A stretch of DNA of 56,865 nucleotides from a virus (IMGVR_UViG_2938655777_000006:144983-201847); one strand, 5' to 3'; counted from the first letter of the stretch, positions 1-10,149 are shown. A program made the numbers and translations. The notes: generated by a model not told the origin, from the letters alone.

Positions 1-2
1 CC

Positions 3-902
3 TACTCTCATATCGGTTATGGTAATGGTTACTTGAGATATTATTATCCTTTAGCATTTTTAACGGTCATGTTGAACATCAACAAGGACAATATTGATAA
101 AACTGGACAAATCATTGCATATGCAAAGTCTAGAGGTATAGAAGTTTCATCAATTAAGTTTGGTAAGTCCAATGCAGACTATTCCTACAATGAAAAAGAC
201 AAAACGATATACAAAGGGTTAGAATCGATCAAGTTTTTGAATGCAAAAATTGCTTCTGAATTATTGGAATTAAGCCAAAATACATATAAAAGCTTTATGG
301 ATTTGTTGGTAGATATCACTGAAAAAACTTCGGTCAACACTAGACAGTTGGATATATTGCTTAAACTTAATTTCTTTTCTGAGTATGGCAACAACGGTTT
401 ATTGATGGCTATATATAATGAGTTCTCTAGTGGTAAAAATCAATACAAAAAAACATATGTTGAAAAAACAAAAAATAAAAGATTGGAAGAATTGAGGCTA
501 ATAGAGTCAGAACTAAGATTGAATAATGAAATCAAAGAATTATTACCAAATGAGATCGTCATGTTCCAAAAAGAAATGTTAGGTTATTCTGATGCAAAAT
601 ATCCCAAAGCAAATGCGAGTTGGTGTGTTGTTACCGACTTAGACACTAAATATTCTCCTAAGCTTACTTTATATAACCTGAGACGAGGAGAAGAAAGAAT
701 ATTCAAAATGGACAAAAAAACTTTTAATACTAGAGATACGTCGCTCAAGATAAACAAAGGCGATTTGATTGAAATAACTAGTTTTAAAAAGAAGACAAGA
801 CAAATTCCTGATGGAAACGGTGGCTTTAAGCCAACTGACCAAATAGATATTTGGATTACTGGTTATTCAAAATACACAGACAAGGAGAAATTACATGGAT
901 AG
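3..902 (+). CDS. Phage DNA polymerase III alpha subunit (DnaE-like), C-terminal part; 5' end outside window
   Basis: Frame open from base 3: YSHIGYGNGYLRYYYPLAFLTVMLN, IYKGLESIKFLN HhH-like region, C-terminal OB-like region. Confidence 0.85.
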   Translation, partial: YSHIGYGNGYLRYYYPLAFLTVMLNINKDNIDKTGQIIAYAKSRGIEVSSIKFGKSNADYSYNEKDKTIYKGLESIKFLNAKIASELLELSQNTYKSFMDLLVDITEKTSVNTRQLDILLKLNFFSEYGNNGLLMAIYNEFSSGKNQYKKTYVEKTKNKRLEELRLIESELRLNNEIKELLPNEIVMFQKEMLGYSDAKYPKANASWCVVTDLDTKYSPKLTLYNLRRGEERIFKMDKKTFNTRDTSLKINKGDLIEITSFKKKTRQIPDGNGGFKPTDQIDIWITGYSKYTDKEKLHG

Positions 903-1023
903 TAAAATGAATAAGCAAAAAATTGAAGAAATATTAAATCGGAAACTTAGCGAGAAAGAGTATAAAGAGATTGTATCTATCGTCCTAAACAAGCTTCTAG
1001 AGGAAAGCAATAATGAACAATAA
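895..1023 (+). CDS. Small hypothetical phage protein (42 aa)
   Basis: ATG overlaps the dnaE stop; MDSKMNKQKIEEILNRKLSEKEY...; overlaps next ORF. Confidence 0.4.
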   Translation: MDSKMNKQKIEEILNRKLSEKEYKEIVSIVLNKLLEESNNEQ

Positions 1024-1240
1024 CCTCGACAGATTTGAAAGCCATTATCATGAGTTTAGATTTCCTGATGCACAAGATGAGGAGGTGAATAAGTTTTTAA
1101 CTTGTGCAGGGTGTAATGAAGATATTTTAGTTGGAGAGGAAATATTGATCTTGTTCGACAGTCTGAGTGTCCACGATGACTATGACTGCTTAAAGAAAGC
1201 GAATGGAGCAAAAAGAATTATTGCAGGAGAGGAATGGTAA
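1013..1240 (+). CDS. Small phage protein with CxxC...HxxxxC (possible Zn binding)
   Basis: CAGC and HDDYDC motifs; tight operon packing. Confidence 0.6.
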   Translation: MNNNLDRFESHYHEFRFPDAQDEEVNKFLTCAGCNEDILVGEEILILFDSLSVHDDYDCLKKANGAKRIIAGEEW

Positions 1241-1418
1241 TTTGAATTTAGTTGGTCATAATATTCAACTTGTTAAAGAATTGAAGATACATACATTAAA
1301 AAGACTTGAGATGTACAATAAGTATGGATTTATAAAGGAAGAGAAGTATAAAGAACTAGTAAAACTAGAAACAGATTATTTGGATGATCGATTAAAGATG
1401 ATGGAGAGCTTGCTATGA
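1203..1418 (+). CDS. Hypothetical phage protein (true start probably later)
   Basis: ORF track; stop overlaps next ATG (ATGA). Confidence 0.55.
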   Translation: MEQKELLQERNGNLNLVGHNIQLVKELKIHTLKRLEMYNKYGFIKEEKYKELVKLETDYLDDRLKMMESLL

Positions 1419-1990
1419 GGTTAAATCTAACATTACCTCTACCTGTTTCAATTAATGACTTATACATAAACCAATATGTGTGGGATGCAAAAATTAGAAA
1501 AAGAGTTCCGACTGGAAAAAGAATTTTAAGTAAGGAGGGAGAAAAGGTAAAAAAACAAATTATCGACGCAGCCTCAAACCAAATCAAAACTCAAGAATGG
1601 GACTATGAGTATACAAAGACACATTATCTCTATATGGACACACTGATTTATTTTAACAGAAAGGGCAGAGACGATAATAATATTTATAAATTGAACAATG
1701 ATGCCCTAGAGAAGATTGTTTATGACAATGACAGTAGAATATTAACCCGAACACAGCGTATCCTTTATGACAAAAAGAACCCTAGAGTTGAGCTTACGTT
1801 TACACCCGTTGAATATATAGGAATATTTGATAACAAGGAAACATACATAGAATTTTTAGAAAATTGTAAAACATGTAGTAGGTATAAACGGAATTGTTCC
1901 ATTTTGAAGGCTGCAACCGAGGGATACGTTCAAGATGAAATCGATGAAGGAAGCTGCTTCAAATACAAGCAAACAAAGATTAATGAGTGA
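1415..1990 (+). CDS. RusA-like Holliday junction resolvase
   Basis: LPLPVSIN N-terminus, RDDNNIYKLNNDALEKIVYDNDS acidic motif, KNPRVELT. Confidence 0.75.
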   Translation: MRLNLTLPLPVSINDLYINQYVWDAKIRKRVPTGKRILSKEGEKVKKQIIDAASNQIKTQEWDYEYTKTHYLYMDTLIYFNRKGRDDNNIYKLNNDALEKIVYDNDSRILTRTQRILYDKKNPRVELTFTPVEYIGIFDNKETYIEFLENCKTCSRYKRNCSILKAATEGYVQDEIDEGSCFKYKQTKINE

Positions 1991-2048
1991 GTAAAAGTAG
2001 TATTTCATCAGCTATTAGTAAAAGCAATCAAATTATATTCCAATAGAG

Positions 2049-2219
2049 GTGAAAAAACTGAATATAAAACTAACTGAAAAAAGAATGGCAGAGTATGTAG
2101 TTATCAACAAATACATAGAAGACGATTCAAACGAGTACTCTAATGAGGAGGTGGAAAGAATGGTTGTGGATTGGATGGAAGACATTATGAATAGATATAC
2201 TAATGGGAGAGTAATTTGA
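2049..2219 (+). CDS. Small acidic protein (~56 aa) directly upstream of the integrase; candidate recombination directionality factor
   Basis: Open frame VKKLNIKLTEKRMAEYVVINKYIEDDSNEYSNEEVERMVVDWMEDIMNRYTNGRVI*; function inferred from size and position only. Confidence 0.5.
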   Translation: MKKLNIKLTEKRMAEYVVINKYIEDDSNEYSNEEVERMVVDWMEDIMNRYTNGRVI

Positions 2220-2245
2220 TATAATTAATAAGACAACACTATGAA

Positions 2246-4039
2246 ATGAGTGATAATTCGTTGATCATACTAAAAGATACTGAGAAATTAAGTAGGGAAC
2301 TAATGGTGGCCTTGATGGGTAAAATCAAGGCCATTGTCTACACTCGTGTATCAAGTGATATCCAAATTGATAATTATTCACTTGATACACAAACTGAAAT
2401 ATGTGTAAAGGAAGCGTACGAGAAATTTGGATTTAATGAAGATGAGATCATTGTTCTAAGAGAAGAGGCTGAGTCTGGGGATAATCCCAATCGTCCAATG
2501 TTGAACTATATCATTTTTTTGTTAAGTAAGGGGATTGGAACTAAGGTTATATTTCTCCACCCTGATCGTCTGAGTAGACATCTTCATCTTCAACAACAGA
2601 TTACGCATAAGATATGGGAGTTGGGTTGCGACCTTCATTTTGTTGAGTTTAACTTGGACAAGAACAATGCCGAATCAATGCTCAATTACAATATTCAGGG
2701 TTCTATCGCACAATACAATAAAGCTAAAATTCTTGCCAACACAAAACGTGGTAGAACAGCGATGGTAGCCAATAATAAGATACCCGGATTAAATAGAATT
2801 TATGGATATACCTACGATAAAGATCTACATACTTTAATAGAAAACCCAAGAGAAAAAGAAGGGTATTTGGAAATGGTCAATATGATTCTTAAGGGGGAAA
2901 CATTGAGTGGAATAGCCAAATATCTAGCTATAAATAAATATCACGCTCCAAAAGGAGATAAATGGTATGAAGCAACAATAAGCCGAATATTGAATAATGA
3001 AACTTACAAGGGGACTTTTTACTATGGAAAAACTGAAAGCATACAAATAAATGGAAAGAGTAGTCAGGTTCCTAAACCTAAAGAAGAGTGGAAAGTAATC
3101 ACCGTACCTCAGTATATTGACGAAGCAACATTTGAAAAAATCCAGATTTGCTTGAATGCAAACAAAAAACAAAGTGGAAGACCATCTGATAACTATCTAT
3201 TAAAAGGAATAGTTAGGTGTGGGAGGTGTGGCGCATCAGTATCAGGAGGAGTAACCAGTGTGACTCATAAGGGAACTCATGTATATTACACATGTACACG
3301 AAAAAGTAAAAAAGCTTTTACTTATGAGACTGGCGCAGCAAACTCTGTATGTAGAGGCTCAAACTGGAGAACTGATATGGTTGATTCAATTGTGTGGAAA
3401 GAAATTACTACGATTATCGAAAACCCAAAACATTTAATTGATAAAATGTTGGCTAGAGTTTCAGACAAAAATAAAATTAATGAAATGAATGTTAAGAGAG
3501 AATCGATAAAAAAAGATTTAGCAGCAAAAGTAAAATCGAAAGATCGATATGTTGATTTATATGCGGATGGATTCATTAAAACTAAAGAAGAATTGTACGG
3601 GAAGACGCAGCTAATTGAAGATGAAATTACTGAATTAAAAAGAGGATTGAATGTTATAGATGATAATTTGAAACTATTAAATGAACAAAATGATGATGTG
3701 AATTTAGCTCTGTCTGTACTCAAGAAATATCAGTCAATTATCAAAAATGATCTCGATTTGAAGGATAAAAAAAAGATCATGAGAATACTTATAGATAAAA
3801 TTATTCTTCATGATGATAAGCGAATTGAAATATTTTATAGATTCTCGTCTTCTGATAATATAAATAAGGAAAGAGAATCAAAAAATAAACTTAGAAACAT
3901 TAACTCTAGCCAAATCCATGGAAGACCAAAAAAATCAATTTATTTTGATTCTCGCTGGATACTCGGGGGAAATGGACTTTTTTTTACGAACGAATCCTGG
4001 TCTTCCTTCTCGCTTTCCAATCCAGTTGGATTTTCCTGA
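2246..4039 (+). CDS. Large serine recombinase (phage integrase)
   Basis: AIVYTRVSS catalytic motif, DRLSR, recombinase domain, CGRCG...YYTC zinc ribbon, coiled coil. Confidence 0.95.
   Translation: MSDNSLIILKDTEKLSRELMVALMGKIKAIVYTRVSSDIQIDNYSLDTQTEICVKEAYEKFGFNEDEIIVLREEAESGDNPNRPMLNYIIFLLSKGIGTKVIFLHPDRLSRHLHLQQQITHKIWELGCDLHFVEFNLDKNNAESMLNYNIQGSIAQYNKAKILANTKRGRTAMVANNKIPGLNRIYGYTYDKDLHTLIENPREKEGYLEMVNMILKGETLSGIAKYLAINKYHAPKGDKWYEATISRILNNETYKGTFYYGKTESIQINGKSSQVPKPKEEWKVITVPQYIDEATFEKIQICLNANKKQSGRPSDNYLLKGIVRCGRCGASVSGGVTSVTHKGTHVYYTCTRKSKKAFTYETGAANSVCRGSNWRTDMVDSIVWKEITTIIENPKHLIDKMLARVSDKNKINEMNVKRESIKKDLAAKVKSKDRYVDLYADGFIKTKEELYGKTQLIEDEITELKRGLNVIDDNLKLLNEQNDDVNLALSVLKKYQSIIKNDLDLKDKKKIMRILIDKIILHDDKRIEIFYRFSSSDNINKERESKNKLRNINSSQIHGRPKKSIYFDSRWILGGNGLFFTNESWSSFSLSNPVGFS
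3895..3920. other. Prophage/host att junction within spoVK
   Basis: In the spoVK frame the sequence reads ...ETLTLA-KSMEDQKNQF; SpoVK-like residues resume around KSMED (crossover inferred ~3909-3914). Confidence 0.7.
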
Positions 4040-4319
4040 TTATACTGTGGATCAGCTTATCCAAATTTCCGAGATGATGGCCAAGGAGCGGGATTATATT
4101 CTCATGCCTCAGTCCATAATTAAAATGAAGGAGCATTTGCTAAACGAGCGTAATGACAGTCTTCATGCATTTAGTAATGCACGATATGTTCGTAACGTGA
4201 TTGAAAAAGCGATTCGGCACCAAGCTGTCAGGTTGCTCAATCAGTACCGGAGCGGGCAACCTGGCAAACAGGAATTGATGACGCTGCGTCCAGAGGATTT
4301 GAAAATGGACAAAAGATAG
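3912..4319 (+). pseudogene. spoVK: 3' half of stage V sporulation AAA+ ATPase SpoVK, split by the prophage
   Basis: MEDQKNQFILILAGYSGEMDFFLRTNPGLPSRFPIQLDFPDY...FSNARYVRNVIEKAIR; spoVK-hflX-ynbB-glnRA synteny. Confidence 0.9.
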
Positions 4320-4432
4320 GCGATAATAGGAATCTGAATCACATCGAATTGTATGACATCGAGCGGGGGCCGGCCTGAACATCAGGTCGGTCTCTGTTCG
4401 AGAGTTGACATGAAAATAAAGGAGCAAACAAT

Positions 4433-5719
4433 ATGGCGAACTCCACTCATGATACACAAACCGAAATGCAGGACAAGGCGGTACTGGTTAGTCTAATTAC
4501 GGATGAAGTCAAACGATCTGGCATCAATACGGAATACTCGTTGGATGAGCTGGTGAAACTGGCTGAGACAGCGGGAGTTGAAGTATTGAGCGTCCTGACA
4601 CAGAATAAGGAAGCTAAGGATTCAAAATGGTTTATTGGCAAAGGAAAAGTAGAGGAATTGCGCGCAGTTGCTGAAGAATTGGGAGCGAATACAGCTATTT
4701 TTGATCAGGAGCTCTCGGGGGCCCAAGTACGGAATCTGGAAGAAAGTCTGGACCTCAAAATTATTGACCGGACACAGTTGATTCTGGACATTTTTGCTCA
4801 ACGTGCAAAAACACGGGAAGGTATTATTCAGGTTGAACTGGCGCAGTTGTCATATTTACTCCCACGTTTGTCTGGACATGGAAAAAATCTCTCGCGTCTC
4901 GGTGGTGGAATCGGAACACGTGGTCCTGGTGAAAGCAAGCTGGAGACAGACCGCCGTCATATTCGTGATCGAATCAGTGATCTGAAACGCCAACTGGAGG
5001 AAGTGACCCGCCACCGGTATTTGCACAGGGAGCGCAGACAAAAGAGCGGCATTGTTCAGGTTGCACTTGTTGGCTATACCAATGCGGGCAAATCGACGCT
5101 GTTGAAGCAACTGACAGCAGCCGATGTATATATTGAGAATCAACTGTTTGCGACGCTGGATCCTACCTCCAGAACAATGGAGCTACCGAGTGGAAAAGAA
5201 GTTATTCTTACGGATACGGTTGGTTTCATCCAAAATCTTCCTCATGATTTGGTTGCTTCCTTCCGTGCTACTTTGGAGGAGGCGAATGAGGCTCATCTCA
5301 TTTTGCATGTCGTGGACGCGTCTTCGGATATGCGAGACGAACAGATGAAAGTTGTAGAGACGATCTTGCAACAGCTAGGGGCTGCGGACAAGCCTCAGAT
5401 CGTATTATTTAACAAAAAAGATGCCTGTACCCCTGAGCAACTGGAAATGCTTCCTTCTGGGGAGGGTTATTTGAAAATCAGCGCTTTTGATGAAAGCGAT
5501 TTGCTGCGCATTCGTGAACTGATTCAAGAGCATCTGAGCGGTGATACGCTGAGATTCCGCATTCCTGCGGAACGTGGGGATTTAACCTCGGTACTTTATC
5601 GAATCGGAGATGTACTGCTGACAGAGTATGATGGCAATGATGTCATTTATGAGGTTGAAATTCAAAGAGGCGAGTACGAAAAGTATGGTCATGCACTCAG
5701 CGAGTTCACAGAAGGTTAA
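4433..5719 (+). CDS. hflX: GTPase HflX
   Basis: GGIGTRGPGE, GYTNAGKST, LFATLD, DTVGF, NKKD motifs. Confidence 0.98.
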   Translation: MANSTHDTQTEMQDKAVLVSLITDEVKRSGINTEYSLDELVKLAETAGVEVLSVLTQNKEAKDSKWFIGKGKVEELRAVAEELGANTAIFDQELSGAQVRNLEESLDLKIIDRTQLILDIFAQRAKTREGIIQVELAQLSYLLPRLSGHGKNLSRLGGGIGTRGPGESKLETDRRHIRDRISDLKRQLEEVTRHRYLHRERRQKSGIVQVALVGYTNAGKSTLLKQLTAADVYIENQLFATLDPTSRTMELPSGKEVILTDTVGFIQNLPHDLVASFRATLEEANEAHLILHVVDASSDMRDEQMKVVETILQQLGAADKPQIVLFNKKDACTPEQLEMLPSGEGYLKISAFDESDLLRIRELIQEHLSGDTLRFRIPAERGDLTSVLYRIGDVLLTEYDGNDVIYEVEIQRGEYEKYGHALSEFTEG

Positions 5720-5830
5720 CATGTAATGATGTTTTTGGGTCAATAAAATGATAATGCTCATCGTTCAAACTGAACAATAATATAACATGAATAGCCTAAG
5801 GCTGCGTAAGAGAGAGGGTCAAGAAGGTAA

Positions 5831-7084
5831 ATGGTAGTTTTTAGTCCAGAAATTCAGCAAATTCAGGAAACGGCAGAACATAAAATACAAGAACGTATAC
5901 AGCACATAGATCATATTGTAGATTCAAATCAGTGGAAGGTTATTCAGGCATTCCAGCGGAAGCAAGTGAGCGATTTCCATTTTGCGGGTTCTACGGGATA
6001 TGCTTACAATGACCGGGGGCGTGAGGTGCTGGAGGAAGTCTATGCGGATGTGTTCGGTGCGGAGGCAGCGTTGGTGCGTCCGCATTTTGCCTCGGGTACT
6101 CATACAATTGCCACTGCTTTATTTGGTGTGCTGCGTCCAGGGGATGAACTGTTGTACATTACCGGGAGGCCTTATGATACCCTGCACAAAGTGATTGGGA
6201 AGCCCGACGACGGAACAGGATCATTGCAGGATTTTGGCGTTACTTATGGAGAAACCGCCCTGACAGCGGAAGGCAAAGTGGACTGGGAAGCGGTGGAGGC
6301 TGCGATCCATGTCAATACCAAAGTGATCGGTATTCAGCGTTCACGCGGTTATGATTGGAGAGCTTCGTTTAGTGTAGCAGATATTGAAGAAATGACAGCA
6401 CGTGTGAAGGAAATAAATCCTGACGTCATTGTCTTTGTTGACAATTGCTACGGTGAATTTACCGAGAAGCTGGAACCTACTCAAGTCGGTGTCGATTTGA
6501 TGGCAGGTTCGTTGATTAAAAATCCCGGTGGTGGCATTGCAGAAACGGGTGGATATATCTGCGGCAAACAAAAGTATGTAGAGCTGGCATCCTACCGATT
6601 AACTGCTCCTGGAATCGGTGGAGAAGTAGGTGCCATGTTAGGTACTACACGAGGCATATTTCAGGGGCTATTCCTTGCCCCGACACTGGTTGGGCAAGCG
6701 GTTAAAGGGAGTGTATTCGCAGCTGCGGTCTTTGAGGAAATCGGATTTGAGACCAAACCTGCCTGGCATGAAGAGCGTACGGATTTGATTCAGGCTATTT
6801 CTTTTAGCGGACCAGAGCATCTCATTGCTTTTGTACAGGGCATTCAGCGTGCGGCTGCCGTGGATAGCCATGTGGTGCCAGAGCCGTGGGATATGCCGGG
6901 TTATGAGCATCCAGTTATCATGGCAGCAGGTACGTTCATACAAGGGGGAAGTTTGGAACTATCCGCAGATGCTCCGATTCGTGAGCCTTATATTGGTTAC
7001 ATGCAAGGGGGCTTAACCTACTCTCATGTTAAATTTGGAGTGCTTATGGCTCTGCAAACGATGAAAGAACGTAAATTATTGTGA
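5831..7084 (+). CDS. ynbB: PLP-dependent methionine gamma-lyase / aluminium-resistance family protein (YnbB)
   Basis: GSTGYAYND, VDNCYGEF, GSLIKNPGGG; position between hflX and glnR. Confidence 0.92.
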   Translation: MVVFSPEIQQIQETAEHKIQERIQHIDHIVDSNQWKVIQAFQRKQVSDFHFAGSTGYAYNDRGREVLEEVYADVFGAEAALVRPHFASGTHTIATALFGVLRPGDELLYITGRPYDTLHKVIGKPDDGTGSLQDFGVTYGETALTAEGKVDWEAVEAAIHVNTKVIGIQRSRGYDWRASFSVADIEEMTARVKEINPDVIVFVDNCYGEFTEKLEPTQVGVDLMAGSLIKNPGGGIAETGGYICGKQKYVELASYRLTAPGIGGEVGAMLGTTRGIFQGLFLAPTLVGQAVKGSVFAAAVFEEIGFETKPAWHEERTDLIQAISFSGPEHLIAFVQGIQRAAAVDSHVVPEPWDMPGYEHPVIMAAGTFIQGGSLELSADAPIREPYIGYMQGGLTYSHVKFGVLMALQTMKERKLL

Positions 7085-7096
7085 GTTTTTCTAACA
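7080..7096. promoter_or_regulatory. GlnR/TnrA box
   Basis: TGTGAGTTTTTCTAACA matches TGTNA-N7-TNACA, just upstream of the glnRA -35. Confidence 0.85.
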
Positions 7097-7101
7097 TGTC
7101 A

Positions 7102-7131
7102 TTGACACTTTGCATCAGCTAAATGTACAAT
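7102..7131 (+). promoter_or_regulatory. sigma-A promoter of glnRA
   Basis: TTGACA-18 bp-TACAAT. Confidence 0.75.
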
Positions 7132-7167
7132 AAGGTGAATAATAGATCACTGGAAGGTTGATGACAA

Positions 7168-7581
7168 ATGGGCGACGAAATTCGCAGAAATATGGCCTTA
7201 TTTCCAATAGGTATTGTCATGAAGCTAACGGACTTGTCAGCACGTCAGATTCGTTATTATGAACAGCATAACTTGATAGTTCCTGCCCGTACATCGGGAA
7301 ACCAACGTCTTTTTTCTTTTAATGACGTAGAGCGTCTGCTTGAAATTAAGGCGTTGATCGAGAAGGGTGTTAACATTGCGGGAATTAAACAAGTCATGAA
7401 TCCGGTTACCAAGGAATCGGAAGAAGCTACGGTTATTACTGCAGATACGGAAGTCAAACGCCGTGAAATGTCTGATACTCAGCTTCACCGCTTACTGAAA
7501 CAACAACTTGTTGCAGGCAAAAGACCAGGACAGGTATCCCTAATTCAAGGCGAATTATCACGGTTCTTCAATAAGAGATAA
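7168..7581 (+). CDS. glnR: Nitrogen regulator GlnR (MerR family)
   Basis: FPIGIVMKLTDLSARQIRYYEQHNLIVPARTSGNQRLFS; upstream of glnA. Confidence 0.97.
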   Translation: MGDEIRRNMALFPIGIVMKLTDLSARQIRYYEQHNLIVPARTSGNQRLFSFNDVERLLEIKALIEKGVNIAGIKQVMNPVTKESEEATVITADTEVKRREMSDTQLHRLLKQQLVAGKRPGQVSLIQGELSRFFNKR

Positions 7582-7697
7582 TGCTTTGACCTATCTCTTG
7601 GTACAAGGTCGCCTTACTTTAAAACCAGGTCTCATCATTTAAGTATTTATAGAACAACTGATTCGTATATAGTCGTTACAGAAAGGGAGAGGTTAGA

Positions 7698-9026
7698 GTG
7701 AGTTATAGCAGAGAAGATATCCTTCGGATTGCGAAAGAAGAAAATGTTCGTTTTATTCGTTTGCAATTTACAGATTTGCTGGGCACTATTAAGAATGTTG
7801 AAATTCCGGTTAGTCAACTGGAAAAAGCATTGGATAATAAAATGATGTTTGACGGTTCTTCCATAGAAGGTTATGTGCGTATTGAAGAATCTGATATGTA
7901 TTTATATCCGGATTTGGACACTTGGGTGGTATTCCCTTGGGTAACCTCGGATCGTGTAGCTCGTTTGATCTGCGATATTTACAAGCCGGATGGAGTTCCG
8001 TTTGCAGGTGACCCGCGGGGCATCTTGAAACGTGTACTTAAGGAAGCGGAAGAGCTGGGATACACTTCGATGAATGTCGGACCAGAGCCTGAATTCTTCT
8101 TGTTCAAAACAGATGAAAAAGGCGAGCCAACTACAGAACTGAATGACCAAGGCGGGTATTTTGACCTGGCTCCGATGGATCTGGGTGAAAACTGCCGCCG
8201 TGAAATTGTACTTAAGCTTGAAGAGATGGGCTTCGAAATTGAAGCATCTCATCATGAAGTTGCACCTGGTCAGCATGAAATTGACTTTAAATATGCAGAT
8301 GCGATTAAAGCTGCCGACCAGATTCAAACGTTCAAGCTCGTTGTTAAGACGATTGCTCGTCAGCATGGTTTGCATGCTACCTTTATGCCAAAACCTTTGT
8401 TTGGTGTAAATGGCTCCGGTATGCACTGCAATCAATCGTTGTTTAAGGACAATGAAAATGTATTTTATGATGAAACGGACGAACTCGGATTAAGCCAGAC
8501 GGCCCGCCACTATATGGCTGGTATTCTTAAACATGCACGTGCAATGGCAGCGATCACGAATCCAACGGTAAATTCCTACAAACGTCTCGTACCAGGTTAT
8601 GAAGCGCCTTGTTATGTGGCTTGGTCTGCAAGCAATCGCAGTCCAATGATTCGGATTCCCGCGTCTCGTGGTCTGAGTACTCGCGTCGAAGTTCGTAACC
8701 CTGACCCGGCAGCGAATCCTTATTTGGCCTTGGCAGTGATGCTGAGAGCAGGTTTGGATGGTATCAAACGTCAGTTGGCTCTGCCAGCTCCGATTGATCG
8801 TAACATTTACGTAATGTCTGAGGAAGAGCGGATTGAAGAAGGCATTCCAAGTCTGCCAGCAGACTTGAAAGAAGCTTTGTCTGAGCTTATTCGGAGCGAA
8901 GTTATCTCTGACGCACTCGGCGACCATGCTCTGGCCTACTTCTATGAGCTTAAGGAAATTGAATGGGATATGTACAGAACACAAGTACATCAATGGGAAC
9001 GTGATCAATATCTGACTCTTTACTAA
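7698..9026 (+). CDS. glnA: Glutamine synthetase type I
   Basis: [46 protein letters not shown]. Confidence 0.99.
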   Translation: MSYSREDILRIAKEENVRFIRLQFTDLLGTIKNVEIPVSQLEKALDNKMMFDGSSIEGYVRIEESDMYLYPDLDTWVVFPWVTSDRVARLICDIYKPDGVPFAGDPRGILKRVLKEAEELGYTSMNVGPEPEFFLFKTDEKGEPTTELNDQGGYFDLAPMDLGENCRREIVLKLEEMGFEIEASHHEVAPGQHEIDFKYADAIKAADQIQTFKLVVKTIARQHGLHATFMPKPLFGVNGSGMHCNQSLFKDNENVFYDETDELGLSQTARHYMAGILKHARAMAAITNPTVNSYKRLVPGYEAPCYVAWSASNRSPMIRIPASRGLSTRVEVRNPDPAANPYLALAVMLRAGLDGIKRQLALPAPIDRNIYVMSEEERIEEGIPSLPADLKEALSELIRSEVISDALGDHALAYFYELKEIEWDMYRTQVHQWERDQYLTLY

Positions 9027-9071
9027 AATGGGAAATCCCTTGGCGCTCTAAGCGTTGAGGGATTTTTTTGT
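9003..9071 (+). repeat. attL-type repeat: 69-bp exact direct repeat of glnA 3' end plus terminator
   Basis: GATCAATATCTGACTCTTTACTAA...GGGATTTTTTTGT identical to 45806-45874. Confidence 0.95.
9033..9069 (+). terminator. glnA intrinsic terminator
   Basis: AAATCCCT...AGGGATTT stem followed by a T tract. Confidence 0.85.
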
Positions 9072-10149
9072 GTGTGGGTATGGCAGAACTTTTGACAGTC
9101 GAATTATCGAAGAGGGAGGGGAACTGGAACTCTACGGTGATCATTACATGGCAAAAGGGCTAGAGGCTGATGGAATCTCAACAGATCAACTGGCTACTGG
9201 TATTGATTCAGGAACTATATTTGACACCTCGGCGGGATTTGTAACAACAAAGCATGTGTGTGGTATCTGCGGTGGTGATTATTACGGACCTTCAGCATGC
9301 TCTCACATACGTGGGCAAATGTATGATGACAAAGAGTGTCTTGTTCTAGCTGATGATGGATACATCATGGAAAATTCCATTGTATTTGATGGAGGATATG
9401 AAGGCGCTGGAATAACACGTGAATCTCTGTCGATGAAACAACATGGTGAAGCTGAACAGCAGCGACAAACTGAATACGAACCATTACCTTTAGATGCGAA
9501 GTCGCTTGATGGCGATGGACGCGTCTTTTATTTTTTCAGTAACAAAGGCGGTATGTCTGCTTTTGTATCTAAACAGCATCAAACAAAAGAACAGGCCAAC
9601 ACACTGGCCCAAGGAGATGACACTATGAATGAAGAACAAAAAGCTGCTTTGGCAGCAGCACAAACCCAAGCAACTGCTCTGGCAGCGGCTAATGGTGTGC
9701 TTGGACAAGTACGGGTTGCATTGGGCATTGAGAGTGATGCAGAAATTCCAGCGAAGCTTACTGCACTGAGTGCTCAAGCTGCTGACGGAGCGATGTACAA
9801 GGTAAAGGTCACTGAACAAGCATGTGGAGCTGGCGTCCGTGCTCTTGGTGAAGCCTTTAATGTAGAAGCTATGAAAACTGCATTAGCTAATTTGCCGATA
9901 TCTGAGATTGAAAAGATCGGCGCAACGTATGAAGCGCAGGCACAAGCTGCTTTGGGTGGTGGTGGTCGCCATACACAAGGTGAAGATGTAAACCTTCCTG
10001 AGGGAGCGCTGAATGGAACACCACCAACTAACTCACAAAATGATGGTGGCGAGAAAACGCCAGAACAACTTAAAGCATTGGCTCGTGAAGAAGCTCGGGC
10101 GGCACTTAAGAATACAGGCAGAGGTAATCTGCTGAAGGAGGATAAATAA
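9072..10149 (+). pseudogene. 5'-truncated prohead maturation protein with C-terminal scaffold-like region
   Basis: Frame begins inside the att/terminator with no RBS; CGICG..CSH motif; Ala-rich helical C-terminus; directly precedes decoration and capsid genes. Confidence 0.7.

Larger units (their letters stand above)
1..3911. mobile_element. Right end of a large SPbeta-like prophage integrated in spoVK (left end outside window)
   Basis: AT-rich phage-type genes (DnaE, RusA-like, serine integrase) end abruptly at the 3' half of spoVK, which lacks its N-terminus here. Confidence 0.85.

Noticed and set aside
4140-9008. Many 60-180 aa antisense or alternate-frame ORFs over hflX, ynbB, glnR and glnA (likewise over TMP, endolysin and lsa)
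   Set aside because: They overlap well-supported genes and have no RBS or recognisable motifs.
9055-9071. Track start of the 364-aa head ORF (MRDFFVC...)
   Set aside because: These codons are the glnA terminator/att sequence with no RBS, so they are an artefact of the deletion junction.
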